Source of the DNA: Bacillota bacterium
GTDB taxonomy: Bacteria; Bacillota; DULZ01
Length of the DNA: 64,000 nucleotides
Assembly: GCA_050951405.1 (NCBI GenBank)
Contig: JBMNIZ010000003.1
Location: forward strand, 10,111 to 74,110
Reading direction: 5' to 3'
The notes beneath the pieces were generated by a model. That model saw only the letters and a list, made by a program, of their open reading frames with translations, was not told the DNA's origin and searched no databases. This document shows positions 41,023-50,533 of this stretch, piece after piece (positions within the stretch are counted from its first letter, which is position 1; the number at the start of each line of letters is the position of its first letter). The position numbers and the translations under genes were made by a program.

Positions 41023-43705
41023 AGCTGATTTTTTCCAACCGCACCGCACATACTTTCAATTCGGGAATTTTCGCCTTCGGGTCCCGGGCAGGATTGGTTA
41101 ATTTATTAATGGCCGTTTCCCAGAAATGGAAAGTGGCAAAAACCATCCCCCGGGGGACTTTTTTGGTGATTTTCACCCGCACTTCCACCTGGCCCCTCCG
41201 GGAAGCCACTCGCACCCTTTCCCCGTTCACAATGCCCAGTTTGGCTGCATCCTGGGGATTTATCTCCATCAATTCTTCCGGCAGCAGCTCTTCCAGCTTG
41301 GAGCGCCTGGTCATGGTGCCGGTATGATAATGCTGCAGTTTCCTTCCCGTACTCAAGACCAAGGGATATTCTGCACAGGTTTCTTCATCCGGCGGCAGGT
41401 AATCTACCACGCTGAATAAACCCCGGCCCCGGGAGAATTTATCCTGATGCAGGTAAACAGTTCCCGGGTGATCCTCAGTGGGACAGGGCCACTGAATGCC
41501 GCCTTTTTCCAAACGCGCATAAGTGATGCCCCCATAACTGGGTGTCAAAGACCTCATCTCATCGAAAATGGCCTGGGGACCGGGATAGTGCATGGGGTAA
41601 CCCATGGCCGTGGCCAATTCGGCTACAATCTGCCAGTCGGGTTTAGACTCCGCGATAGGCTGGATCGCCTGGCGAATCTTTTGTACCCGGCGTTCCGTAT
41701 TGGTGAAAGTCCCTTCCTTTTCCGCGAAACTGGCCGCCGGTAAAACCACATGGGCCATTCTGGCGGTTTCGGTCAGGAAGATATCCTGTACCACCAAGAA
41801 TTCCAATCTCTCTAAAGCCCTAACCACCTTGTTGGCATCAGGATCGCTGAGCACCGGGTTTTCCCCCACAATGTACATGCCTTTAATTCTGCCTTCCCCC
41901 GCAGCATCCATCATCTCTCCCACCGTCAAGCCCACTTGATCATCCAATTTAACTTCCCATGCTCTTTCAAACTTGCTTCTTATCTCCGGGACCGTTACTT
42001 TCTGATAACCGGGATAAACATCGGGGAGGCCTCCCATATCGCAGGCCCCCTGGACATTATTCTGACCCCTTAAAGGATTGACCCCGCTATAGGGTTTGCC
42101 GACCTGGCCCGTAAGCATGGCCAAATTGGCAATGGCCAGCACATTATCAGTACCCACAATCCGCTGGGTGATGCCCATGGTATAAAGGATGCTGCTGTTC
42201 GGCCCTTTAGCGTAAAGCCTGGCCACTTCCCGCAAAGTATGCTCGGGAATACCGGTGATTTCTTCCACATAGGAGGCCCTGTACCGGCTCAGGCTTTCTT
42301 TTAATTCAGCAAATCCTTCCGTCCTCTCCTCCACAAATCTCCTGTTCCAAAGACCCTCTTCGATAATGACCCAGGCCAGTCCATTGAGAAGGGCTAGATC
42401 CGTCCCCGGTTTCGGGGATAAATGCAGATGGGCCATCTGGGCCATTTCCGTCTGCCGAGGATCAACCACAATTAAAGTGGCTCCCTTGGCCAAGGCTTCT
42501 CGCACTTTCAGGCTGATGATGGGATGGGTTTCCGTGGTATTGGTACCCAAAGCCAATATCACATCGGCCCCGGCAATTTCAGCGATAGAGTTTGTCATGG
42601 CTCCGCTTCCAAAAGCTGTCGCCAGACCGGCGACGGTGGAAGCATGTCAGAGACGAGCACAATGATCGATATTGTTGGTCCCTAAAACCGCTCTGGTAAA
42701 TTTATTTACCAGGTAATTTTCTTCATTGGTACAACGGGCGGAAGTCAAAACCGCCAGAGAGCGGGAACCATATTTTTCCTTAATCCCGGCCAATTTTTGG
42801 GCCACCAGTTCGATAGCCTCATCCCAAGTGGCCTGGACGAACTCCCCATCTTTTTTAATTAAAGGCGCAGTCAAGCGATCGGGGTGATTGATAAAATTAT
42901 AACCAAACCTGCCCTTGACACAGAGGGAATGTCCGTTGACCTCTCCCTCAGCGGTGGAGGTCACTCCCACCACTTGGTTGCCCTTCACATTGAGCTCCAG
43001 GGTACAGCCCGTTCCACAGTAGGGACAAATGGTGCGGACTTTTTCCAATTCCCAAAAACGGCCCACCCGGCGCATCTGCTTCTCCGTCAAAGCACCGACG
43101 GGACAAACGGCCACACAGCTGCCGCAAAAGACGCAGGGAGACTGGTCCAAGGGCACATCCATGGCGGTACATATTTTGGTTTGAAAGCCCCGGTGAGCAA
43201 AATCAATAATCTCTCTTCCTTGGACTTCCCGGCAGACCCGAACACATTTGCCGCAGAGGATACACTTGTTTAGATCCCGAACAATAAAAGGATTGCTTTC
43301 ATCCAAGGAATAATTATGCCTATCTCCCACAAAAGCATCCCAGCCGACTTGGTATTCATAGGCGTATTTCTGGAGAAGGCACTGGCCTGCTTTGGAGCAT
43401 GTTAAGCAGTCATTGGGGTGGTTGGCCAATAGCAGTTCCAGAATAGTTTTCCTGCTTTCGACCACTGCCGGAGATTCCGTATGGACCACCATCCCTTCCT
43501 GTACCGCCGTCACGCAAGCCGCCTGTAGGTTCTTCCTCCCCTCCACTTCCACCACGCACATACGGCAAGCACCGAATCCGGACAGTTCAGCTTCATGGCA
43601 AAGAGTGGGAATGGAAATACCGATGCTCTGCGCCGCCTCCAAAATGGTTGTCCCCGCGGCCACTTTCAGGGGCCTCCCATTAATCGTCAAGCTCACTTCC
43701 TGCAC
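41021..43705 (-). CDS. fdhA: formate dehydrogenase catalytic subunit, selenocysteine-containing, with an N-terminal 2Fe-2S/4Fe-4S (NuoG-like) module
   Basis: Two ORF-track ORFs (42647-43705 and 41021-42598) are one frame joined through an in-frame TGA (42647-42649): ...[30 protein letters not shown].... This is the Mo/W-bisPGD family Sec position. GTG start follows GGGAGGAAG. Confidence 0.9.
42605..42649 (-). promoter_or_regulatory. UGA(Sec) codon plus SECIS-like hairpin
   Basis: The RNA reads UGA-CAU-GCUUCCA-cc-GUCGCC-GGUCU-GGCGAC-agcuuu-UGGAAGC. The hairpin starts 3 nt after the UGA, and its apical loop GGUCU resembles that of E. coli fdhF. Confidence 0.7.
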
Positions 43706-43729
43706 TTTTTTCTTCCTCCCCCGCTCTTC

Positions 43730-44671
43730 TTACTCCCCTGGTATTAATCGGGCCAATTTCTCCACAATGGGTCCAATACCCAGCGCTTCGGACCACTCCA
43801 CCGGAACGAATTCTCCATCTTTTTTCAGAAGAGGCTTGGCCACCGGCTGAGGGTTATGAATGAAATCCAGTCCCAGCCTTCCCTTCAGGCAGAGAGGGCG
43901 GCCCGCTGCAGCTCCTTTGGCGGCTATGCCCACAAAGGTCCCGTCCTTTTTTCGGTAAAGATAGAATTGGCAGCCTGCCTCACAGAAGGTGCAGGTGATC
44001 TCTTCCCGCTTCATCTCAAAACGGCGTCCTTTGCCGGAAAACTCCTTGGGCATTAACGCCCCCACCGGACATACAGCAACGCAATTGTGACAATAGACGC
44101 ATTCCGATTCCCCTAAAGGCAAATCAAAAGCCGTGGTGATCTTGGTTTGAAATCCTCTGTTGGCAAAATCAAGCACATTGGCCCCTTTGATTTCCGCACA
44201 GGCCCGGACACACTTGCCACAAAGAATGCATTTATTGTTATCTCTGATAATATAGGGATTGGAATCATCTATGGGATAAGAATGCCTTTCTCCTGAAAAA
44301 CTAGGCCCGGTCACCCCATACTGATACGCATAGTCCTGCAATTTGCATTCACCGCTCTTCTCGCAGGTCAAACAGTCCAGAGGATGATTGGCCAGGAGCA
44401 GTTCCAAGATGGTCCTCCTTGCTTCCAACACTTCCGGCGACCGTGTTTCCACCCGCATCCCTTCAGCGGCTTTGGTCACGCAGGAAGCAGGCAAATTGCG
44501 CATCCCCTCAATTTTCACCACACACAAACGACAGGCGCCGGCACTGGAGAGACAGGGTTCATGACAGAGAGTGGGTATCTCAATCCCCGCTTCCCAAGCC
44601 GCTTCCAGCACTGTCAGACCGGCATCTACCCGCATTTCCAGCCCATCGATGGTCATCTTGATTTTAGTCAT
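43730..44671 (-). CDS. 2Fe-2S / multi-[4Fe-4S] electron-transfer protein, paralogue of the FdhA N-terminal module
   Basis: 313 aa, colinear with FdhA residues 1 to about 310 (by eye about half identical). It ends just after the shared KKDGEFV motif, around where the large Mo-bisPGD catalytic part appears to begin in FdhA. Confidence 0.8.
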   Translation of the reverse strand: MTKIKMTIDGLEMRVDAGLTVLEAAWEAGIEIPTLCHEPCLSSAGACRLCVVKIEGMRNLPASCVTKAAEGMRVETRSPEVLEARRTILELLLANHPLDCLTCEKSGECKLQDYAYQYGVTGPSFSGERHSYPIDDSNPYIIRDNNKCILCGKCVRACAEIKGANVLDFANRGFQTKITTAFDLPLGESECVYCHNCVAVCPVGALMPKEFSGKGRRFEMKREEITCTFCEAGCQFYLYRKKDGTFVGIAAKGAAAGRPLCLKGRLGLDFIHNPQPVAKPLLKKDGEFVPVEWSEALGIGPIVEKLARLIPGE

Positions 44672-44691
44672 GGAAAGAAATCCTCCTCCTG

Positions 44692-46464
44692 CTAACCTTT
44701 ATACACAGCGCCGAAACGGCAAACCTCCAAGCAAGTGCCGCATTTGGTGCATTTTTCCACATCGATCACATGGACTTCTTTCGCCTTGCCGACAATTGCA
44801 TCCACCGGACATTTACGGGCGCACCGGGTACAACCGTTGCACTTGTCCGGATCAATGCGGAAAGTGATCAGCTCCTTGCACACTCCGGCCGGACATTTTT
44901 TCTCCAAAATATGGGCTTCGTATTCATGGCGAAAGTATTTTAAAGTGGTCATCACCGGATTGGAAGCAGTTTGCCCTAAACCGCAGAGGGCAGTAGCCTT
45001 GATAATCCGACCCAACCTTTCCAACTTCTCCAGATCCTCCATGACCCCTTTTCCCTCGGTAATGCGAATTAAAATTTCCAACATCCGTTTGGTACCCTCC
45101 CGGCAGGGAGTACACTTACCACAGGATTCCGACTGGGTAAAGTTTAAGAAAAAACGGGCCACATCCACCATACAAGTATCCTGGTCCATGACCACCAAGC
45201 CGCCGGAACCCATCATCGCTCCGGCCTGCACCAAGGAATCATAATCAATGGGCAGATCTAAATGTTCTACGGTCAGGCAGCCTCCGGAGGGCCCTCCGAT
45301 TTGCACCGCTTTGAATTCTCTATCATTTTGGATCCCACCGCCGATCTCAAAAATCACTTCCCGCATGGTAATCCCCATGGGCACTTCCACCAGCCCGGTA
45401 TTCTTCACTTTGCCGGTTAAGGCAAACACCTTGGTCCCTTTACTTTTCTCAGTGCCGATGGAACTATACCAACGGGCCCCATTGCGAATGATATTGGGAA
45501 TATTGGCATAAGTTTCCACATTATTAATATTGGTAGGTTTTCCCCAGAGGCCCTTTTCAGCCGGGAAGGGAGGACGCACTCTGGGCATACCTCTGTTTCC
45601 TTCAATGGACATGAGCAGGGCCGTTTCTTCACCGCAAACGAAAGCTCCTGCCCCTTCTTTGATATGGAGCTGGAAATTAAAACCGGAGTCCAGGATATTT
45701 TCTCCCAGATAACCTTTTTCCCGGGCCTGGCGGATGGCAATCCGCAGCCTTTCCGTAGCCAGAGGATACTCAGCTCTCACATAAATGTACCCTTCATCGG
45801 CCCCGACGGCGTAGGCGGCGATTAACATCCCCTCCAGCAGGGCATGCGGGTCTCCCTCCAGGATACTTCGATCCATAAATGCTCCCGGATCTCCTTCATC
45901 GGCATTGCAGACCACATATTTTTTATCCCCTGCTGCCTTGGAAGTGAATTCCCATTTCAAACCGGTAGGAAATCCCGCTCCTCCCCTGCCTCTCAAGCCG
46001 GAATTCTTCACCTCGTTAATCACGTCTTCTCGGCTCATGGACAGGGCAATTTTCAAGGCCTGATATCCTTCATTGGCAATATATTCATCAATGCTCTCCG
46101 GATTGATATGACCACAATTTCTGAGCACTATTCTTTGCTGTTTTTTGTAAAAAGGAATATCAGAATAATAAAAGGCCGGCTTTTCCGATGCAGGATCTTG
46201 ATAAAGCAGTCTTGCTACTACTTCACCATTTTTTAAATGCCTCTCCACTATTTCCCCCACATCATCCGTTTCAACACGGCAATAAAAAATGCCTTCCGGC
46301 TCAATAATCACAATGGGCTCCTGTTCGCTAAAACCATGAGATCCGGTTTTGACTATTTCCGTAACTTTTGCCAGATCATGTTTAGTTAATTCCTCGGCAA
46401 AACGGGCAATCAATCGGTCCGCATCAGAAGCAACAGCGCCCGTGCAGATCAATACTCTTTTCAC
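44692..46464 (-). CDS. NuoF/HndC-like NAD(P)H-binding flavoprotein subunit
   Basis: 590 aa with GRGGAGFPTG (FMN/NADH site), the SLBB/4Fe-4S motif ESCGKCTPCR and a C-terminal 2x[4Fe-4S] ferredoxin domain. Confidence 0.9.
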   Translation of the reverse strand: MKRVLICTGAVASDADRLIARFAEELTKHDLAKVTEIVKTGSHGFSEQEPIVIIEPEGIFYCRVETDDVGEIVERHLKNGEVVARLLYQDPASEKPAFYYSDIPFYKKQQRIVLRNCGHINPESIDEYIANEGYQALKIALSMSREDVINEVKNSGLRGRGGAGFPTGLKWEFTSKAAGDKKYVVCNADEGDPGAFMDRSILEGDPHALLEGMLIAAYAVGADEGYIYVRAEYPLATERLRIAIRQAREKGYLGENILDSGFNFQLHIKEGAGAFVCGEETALLMSIEGNRGMPRVRPPFPAEKGLWGKPTNINNVETYANIPNIIRNGARWYSSIGTEKSKGTKVFALTGKVKNTGLVEVPMGITMREVIFEIGGGIQNDREFKAVQIGGPSGGCLTVEHLDLPIDYDSLVQAGAMMGSGGLVVMDQDTCMVDVARFFLNFTQSESCGKCTPCREGTKRMLEILIRITEGKGVMEDLEKLERLGRIIKATALCGLGQTASNPVMTTLKYFRHEYEAHILEKKCPAGVCKELITFRIDPDKCNGCTRCARKCPVDAIVGKAKEVHVIDVEKCTKCGTCLEVCRFGAVYKG

Positions 46465-46475
46465 CTGACCACCTC

Positions 46476-47018
46476 CTATTGATACTGGGCTAAAATCTTG
46501 GCGATAGATTCTTTTTTCAAGCGTCCAAAAGTATCTTTATTAACCGTGATCACCGGCCCCAAAGCACAGGCGCCAATACAGGCCACAGATTCTACGGTGA
46601 AACTCAGGTCTTCCGTGGTGGTCTGGACATCACCCAGCTTTAGCACATCTCGAATCTCCTGGTGAATCTGAGCCCCGCCCCTGACGTGACAGGCTGTTCC
46701 CAGACAAACCCTGACAATATTGCGCCCTCTGGGTTCCAAATGAAATTGAGAGTAAAAAGTAACTACCCCGTAAACTTTGCTTAAAGGCAAGCTGAGCTCT
46801 TTGGCAACAGTTTCCAAAGCATGTTTTGGCAAGTAACCGTAAATATCCTGAGCAGCCTGCAAGACAGGAATCAAGGCCCCTGCCTGTCCCCGGTATTCCT
46901 GCAACACTTGTTGGAGTTGGCGGTCCTGTTGGCCAGTCTCTCCCTGGCTACCGTTACAGCAACATTGTTTCACTGTTTTCTCCCCTCTCCGAACTTCTCC
47001 GTCCATCATAATCGCCAT
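46476..47018 (-). CDS. NuoE/HndA-like [2Fe-2S] subunit
   Basis: Thioredoxin-like 2Fe-2S fold (VCLGTACHVRG...CIGACALGP). The real start may be GTG 46973, 6 nt after GGAGAGGGGAG. Confidence 0.85.
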   Translation of the reverse strand: MAIMMDGEVRRGEKTVKQCCCNGSQGETGQQDRQLQQVLQEYRGQAGALIPVLQAAQDIYGYLPKHALETVAKELSLPLSKVYGVVTFYSQFHLEPRGRNIVRVCLGTACHVRGGAQIHQEIRDVLKLGDVQTTTEDLSFTVESVACIGACALGPVITVNKDTFGRLKKESIAKILAQYQ

Positions 47019-47136
47019 AAAAATAAAGTACCACTTTAATTTTATTTAGACAAAAAAGTTCAGTTTCCTGCCGGAGGGTCTGGTAATAATTAAAGGCTGA
47101 AGAAATTAACTTAAGGCCGAAAGAAGCTATTTGCCA

Positions 47137-47313
47137 GTATCCAGAAAAATATCCACAGGCTCATCGCCTGTGGACAGATCCTTCCTGGGAGATATCCACA
47201 ATATGCACAAGAGAGAAAGGCTTTTCGCCAAAAAAGTTTTCCACACCCGCCGGTCCTTGTTTTTACGGTTATTAACACCTTTATCCACATTATCCACAAA
47301 AAAACCTTCCACA
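47137..47313. promoter_or_regulatory. DnaA-box cluster
   Basis: Perfect TTATCCACA at 47281-47289 and 47290-47298. One-mismatch boxes at 47149-47157, 47192-47200 and 47237-47245. Weaker boxes at 47137-45, 47169-77 (opposite strand), 47201-09, 47269-77 and 47305-13. Confidence 0.8.
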
Positions 47314-47326
47314 AGGAGCTTGCATT

Positions 47327-48352
47327 TCACTCCCAGGCCTCCTCCAGCGGCAAAGAAGGCACCGCATTCAAGTCCAGCCCCTTGTGTTTCCCTGCCAAGT
47401 GCAGGTAATAGGCGGCACAGCCAATCATGGCCGCATTGTCGGTACAATAGTGGGGACGCGGCCAGCTCAGTTCCAAATCCTTGCCCCGGCAGGCAAAAGC
47501 CTCCCGCAATCGCCTATTGGCCGCCACGCCGCCTGCCAGGAGAACAGTTTTTACTCCTAAAGCCTGAGCGGCCTTAATTGTTTTCGTCACCAGCACATCC
47601 ACAACTGCTTCTTGGAAACTGGCCGCCACATCCGGCACTGAGATGGATATTCCCTTTTGGCGGGCATTGTGCACATAATTGATGACAGAAGATTTTAAAC
47701 CGCTAAAACTGAAATCCAGACTGTCTTCTGCCAACCAAGCCCGCGGAAAATCTATGGCTTCTTTATCGCCGGAAAGGGCGGCTTTTTCCAGAGCAGGGCC
47801 GCCGGGATATCCCAATCCCAGAACCCTGGCAATTTTATCATAAGCTTCCCCGGCTGCATCATCCCGCGTCGCTCCCAGGATCTCCAATTCCCCGTGGGAT
47901 TTCCAATGAATCAGGCTGGTATGTCCTCCCGATACTACCAAACAGACTGCCGGCAATTTTAGATCCGGCTTTTCCAACAAGTTGGCATAGATATGCCCCA
48001 GAAGGTGATGCACACCGATCAAAGGAATCTTCAAAGCATAGGCCATGGCTTTCGCCTGGGCCACACCAACCAGAAGGGCTCCCACCAAGCCGGGACCATA
48101 AGTCACTGCCACGGCATCTAACTCTTCCAGGGCCACCTCCGCCTGATCCAGGGCCTGCTGGAGAACAGGAATAATATTCTCCATGTGTTTTCTGGAAGCA
48201 ATCTCCGGCACCACCCCCCCAAAACGCTGGTGAACGGAAATTTGGGAAGCAATGATATTGGACAATACTTGTCGGCCATTGGCCACCACTGCCGCCGCAG
48301 TTTCATCACAGCTGGTTTCGATGGATAGAATCAAAAACTCTTTTTTGCCCAA
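47327..48352 (-). CDS. tsaD: tRNA N6-adenosine threonylcarbamoyltransferase
   Basis: 341 aa, begins ILSIETSCDETAAAVV, with GVHHLLGH (Kae1/Gcp family). Confidence 0.95.
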   Translation of the reverse strand: MGKKEFLILSIETSCDETAAAVVANGRQVLSNIIASQISVHQRFGGVVPEIASRKHMENIIPVLQQALDQAEVALEELDAVAVTYGPGLVGALLVGVAQAKAMAYALKIPLIGVHHLLGHIYANLLEKPDLKLPAVCLVVSGGHTSLIHWKSHGELEILGATRDDAAGEAYDKIARVLGLGYPGGPALEKAALSGDKEAIDFPRAWLAEDSLDFSFSGLKSSVINYVHNARQKGISISVPDVAASFQEAVVDVLVTKTIKAAQALGVKTVLLAGGVAANRRLREAFACRGKDLELSWPRPHYCTDNAAMIGCAAYYLHLAGKHKGLDLNAVPSLPLEEAWE

Positions 48353-48491
48353 TCATGTCAACTCCTAGCGCAATTAATTCAACTGGGTTGGACTTGCAGG
48401 ATCAGCCACAATTCCTAATAGCTGGCAGGAAAAAAAACATCAGTGTCAAAATTAGTAAGGGCTGAAAACATGATATGTGGAGGTATTTTTC

Positions 48492-50510
48492 TTGAAATCC
48501 ATGCTTTCTTTTAAACCCACTTGGCCTTTTCTTTGGATCATCCTGGTCCTTTCCATGTTATTATTAATCTGCGGCAGCAGCATCAACAATCCTTTGGCCA
48601 AGTACTCCTTGGCCAAATTTCTGGCTCTCAATCTGGCTTTAATCGTCTTTACTCTGCTGGTCGCCAATACCAGTTTGAAAAGCAATCTGGTTTTAATGCT
48701 CATCGCCCTTGCTTTTACGGCTTTTAACTTTGCGCAAATCCTGGAGCCCATCTCCTTCTGGGTTCTCTTTCTACCCCACATATCTTTCGTCACCAGCACC
48801 ACCTGGATAGCCGCCAGGACTTGCCTGGCCTGGGCGGTCTTTTGCGGTCTGTATTACGACCGCCTTTTGGAAGAAGAGTATTTTGCCAGCCCCCAACTCC
48901 TGCGCAGATACATTTTTGCTTTCCTGCTCCTTCCCATCATTCTTTCCTTAGTCGCCAGCCGAGGCGCATTTCAGCCCATCCAGGTAGGTATCACCCGCCC
49001 TTTAGAAATCATTCCCATGTTGGTGGAATATATTTTTGTACTGTTCACCGTCAGCATTTGTTTTGAAGCTTTCAGTGCTTATCGAAACTTCCAGTTCTGC
49101 ATCGGTTATTTGGAAAAACAGGATTTCATCATTGATAATTTGGGGCTGGGTCTTTTGGCGGTGGACCAGCAAAACCGGATCATCTCCCTGAATCAATACT
49201 TAGCCAAAAGGCTGGAAATTAACCCGGCTGAGGTCCGGCACCGAGATATCAGTCAGCTGTCCGGAGGCGCTCTCAAAGAGCTATTGGGTAAAGCAAACCC
49301 CTCCTCCAATCCCTCCTGGAGCGGAAAAGTCTCCTTAACCGTTCCCTCCGGCAAAACAATAGAATTCCAGATGCAGACCCGCCTTATTTCCGGCCCCTCT
49401 AAGGAAAAAAGCGGAGCAATTATGATCTTTCGCGATCTGGCTGATGTCAGGCAGCAGGAGATGGGGCAGATCAGCCTTCGCCTGGTCACTGAATCTTTCC
49501 TTTCCGGTATCATTCTGGTGGACAGCCAGGAAAAGGTCTTTCTTATTAATCGGGCAGCAAAAAAACTTTTAAATGTCCAGGAAAGCCCGGAAATGTCCCT
49601 GGCCGATAATGAAGATAACGCCGGCAACCCTATTTTCCGGAATCTGATCAGCCATTTAAGAGAATCCCTTTTCCAAGGGAAATCTCATACCCTGAAAGAG
49701 ATTGAAATTGAGAATACTGATCCAAAAAAGACTTTGGCTTTTGAATCATATCCTTTACGCAGTTCCAGCGGAGAAATTCTGGGGGCGGCCTGCCTTTTCC
49801 GGGATGTAACCCAAGAACGCCTTTACGAAAAGTACCTGGAAAAAGCAGAGCAAATGTTGGCCTTGGGGGAAATTGCTGCCGGAGTGGCCCACGAAATCCG
49901 CAACCCATTAACCTCAGTGAGAGGCTTCTTGCAACTGGTGAAAAATAAAAATCCCGACAATCCGGAAATAGCTGAGTATATGGACATCGCCATGGAGGAA
50001 ATTGATCGGGCCAACGATATCATCACGGAATTTCTTAAGTTCGCCAGGCCGCAAAAACCGCGTCTGAGCCAGGAAAACATTAACACGATTATTGCTGAAG
50101 TGATCAAAATTATTATCCCAGGCTTTCATTACAAGAATATTCAAGTCAAGCATATCAAAGAGGACGTGCCCCTTTTGACCTTGGACCGGGACCAATGGAA
50201 GCAGGTATTCATCAACCTTTTTCAAAACTCCTTACAAGCCCTCCGTGCCGGAGGATCCCTCTTCGTCCAGACCTCTTTTGACCCAGGCAGCCAAAAAGCC
50301 CGGATTATCATTGCCGATACCGGCTGCGGAATGTCCCGGGAAGTTCTGGATAAAGTATTTACTCCCTTTTATACCACCAAAGAAACAGGCACAGGACTGG
50401 GTTTGAGTATTGTGTACCGGATTGTGAAAAACCATGGAGGCGATATCGAAATTGAAAGCGAACCTGGAAAAGGTACAACTTTTACCATCAGCCTACCCCT
50501 CACCGGTTAA
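48492..50510 (+). CDS. membrane sensor histidine kinase with PAS domains (sporulation-kinase-like HisKA)
   Basis: N-terminal multi-TM region, PAS repeats, then AAGVAHEIRNPLTSVRGFLQL (H-box) and HATPase_c (DTGCGM...GTGLGLSIV). The start is uncertain: TTG 48492 after GGAGG, GTG 48477 or ATG 48501. Confidence 0.85.
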   Translation: MKSMLSFKPTWPFLWIILVLSMLLLICGSSINNPLAKYSLAKFLALNLALIVFTLLVANTSLKSNLVLMLIALAFTAFNFAQILEPISFWVLFLPHISFVTSTTWIAARTCLAWAVFCGLYYDRLLEEEYFASPQLLRRYIFAFLLLPIILSLVASRGAFQPIQVGITRPLEIIPMLVEYIFVLFTVSICFEAFSAYRNFQFCIGYLEKQDFIIDNLGLGLLAVDQQNRIISLNQYLAKRLEINPAEVRHRDISQLSGGALKELLGKANPSSNPSWSGKVSLTVPSGKTIEFQMQTRLISGPSKEKSGAIMIFRDLADVRQQEMGQISLRLVTESFLSGIILVDSQEKVFLINRAAKKLLNVQESPEMSLADNEDNAGNPIFRNLISHLRESLFQGKSHTLKEIEIENTDPKKTLAFESYPLRSSSGEILGAACLFRDVTQERLYEKYLEKAEQMLALGEIAAGVAHEIRNPLTSVRGFLQLVKNKNPDNPEIAEYMDIAMEEIDRANDIITEFLKFARPQKPRLSQENINTIIAEVIKIIIPGFHYKNIQVKHIKEDVPLLTLDRDQWKQVFINLFQNSLQALRAGGSLFVQTSFDPGSQKARIIIADTGCGMSREVLDKVFTPFYTTKETGTGLGLSIVYRIVKNHGGDIEIESEPGKGTTFTISLPLTG

Positions 50511-50533
50511 TTCCTCTCCAGGTAAATTCTTCA

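Noticed and set aside
47019-47326. Could the DnaA-box cluster be the chromosomal origin (oriC)?
   Set aside because: There is no dnaA, dnaN or rpmH nearby. The flanking genes (tsaD and the FDH operon) are not origin-type neighbours. There is no strand switch of gene orientation at this point, and only a short AT-rich stretch (47019-47070). An origin-external DnaA-box cluster, as described in B. subtilis, fits better.
47111-47577. ORFs of 67-148 aa across the tsaD-nuoE gap
   Set aside because: They are built from the DnaA-box repeats and the antisense of tsaD. They have no RBS and no recognisable domain.
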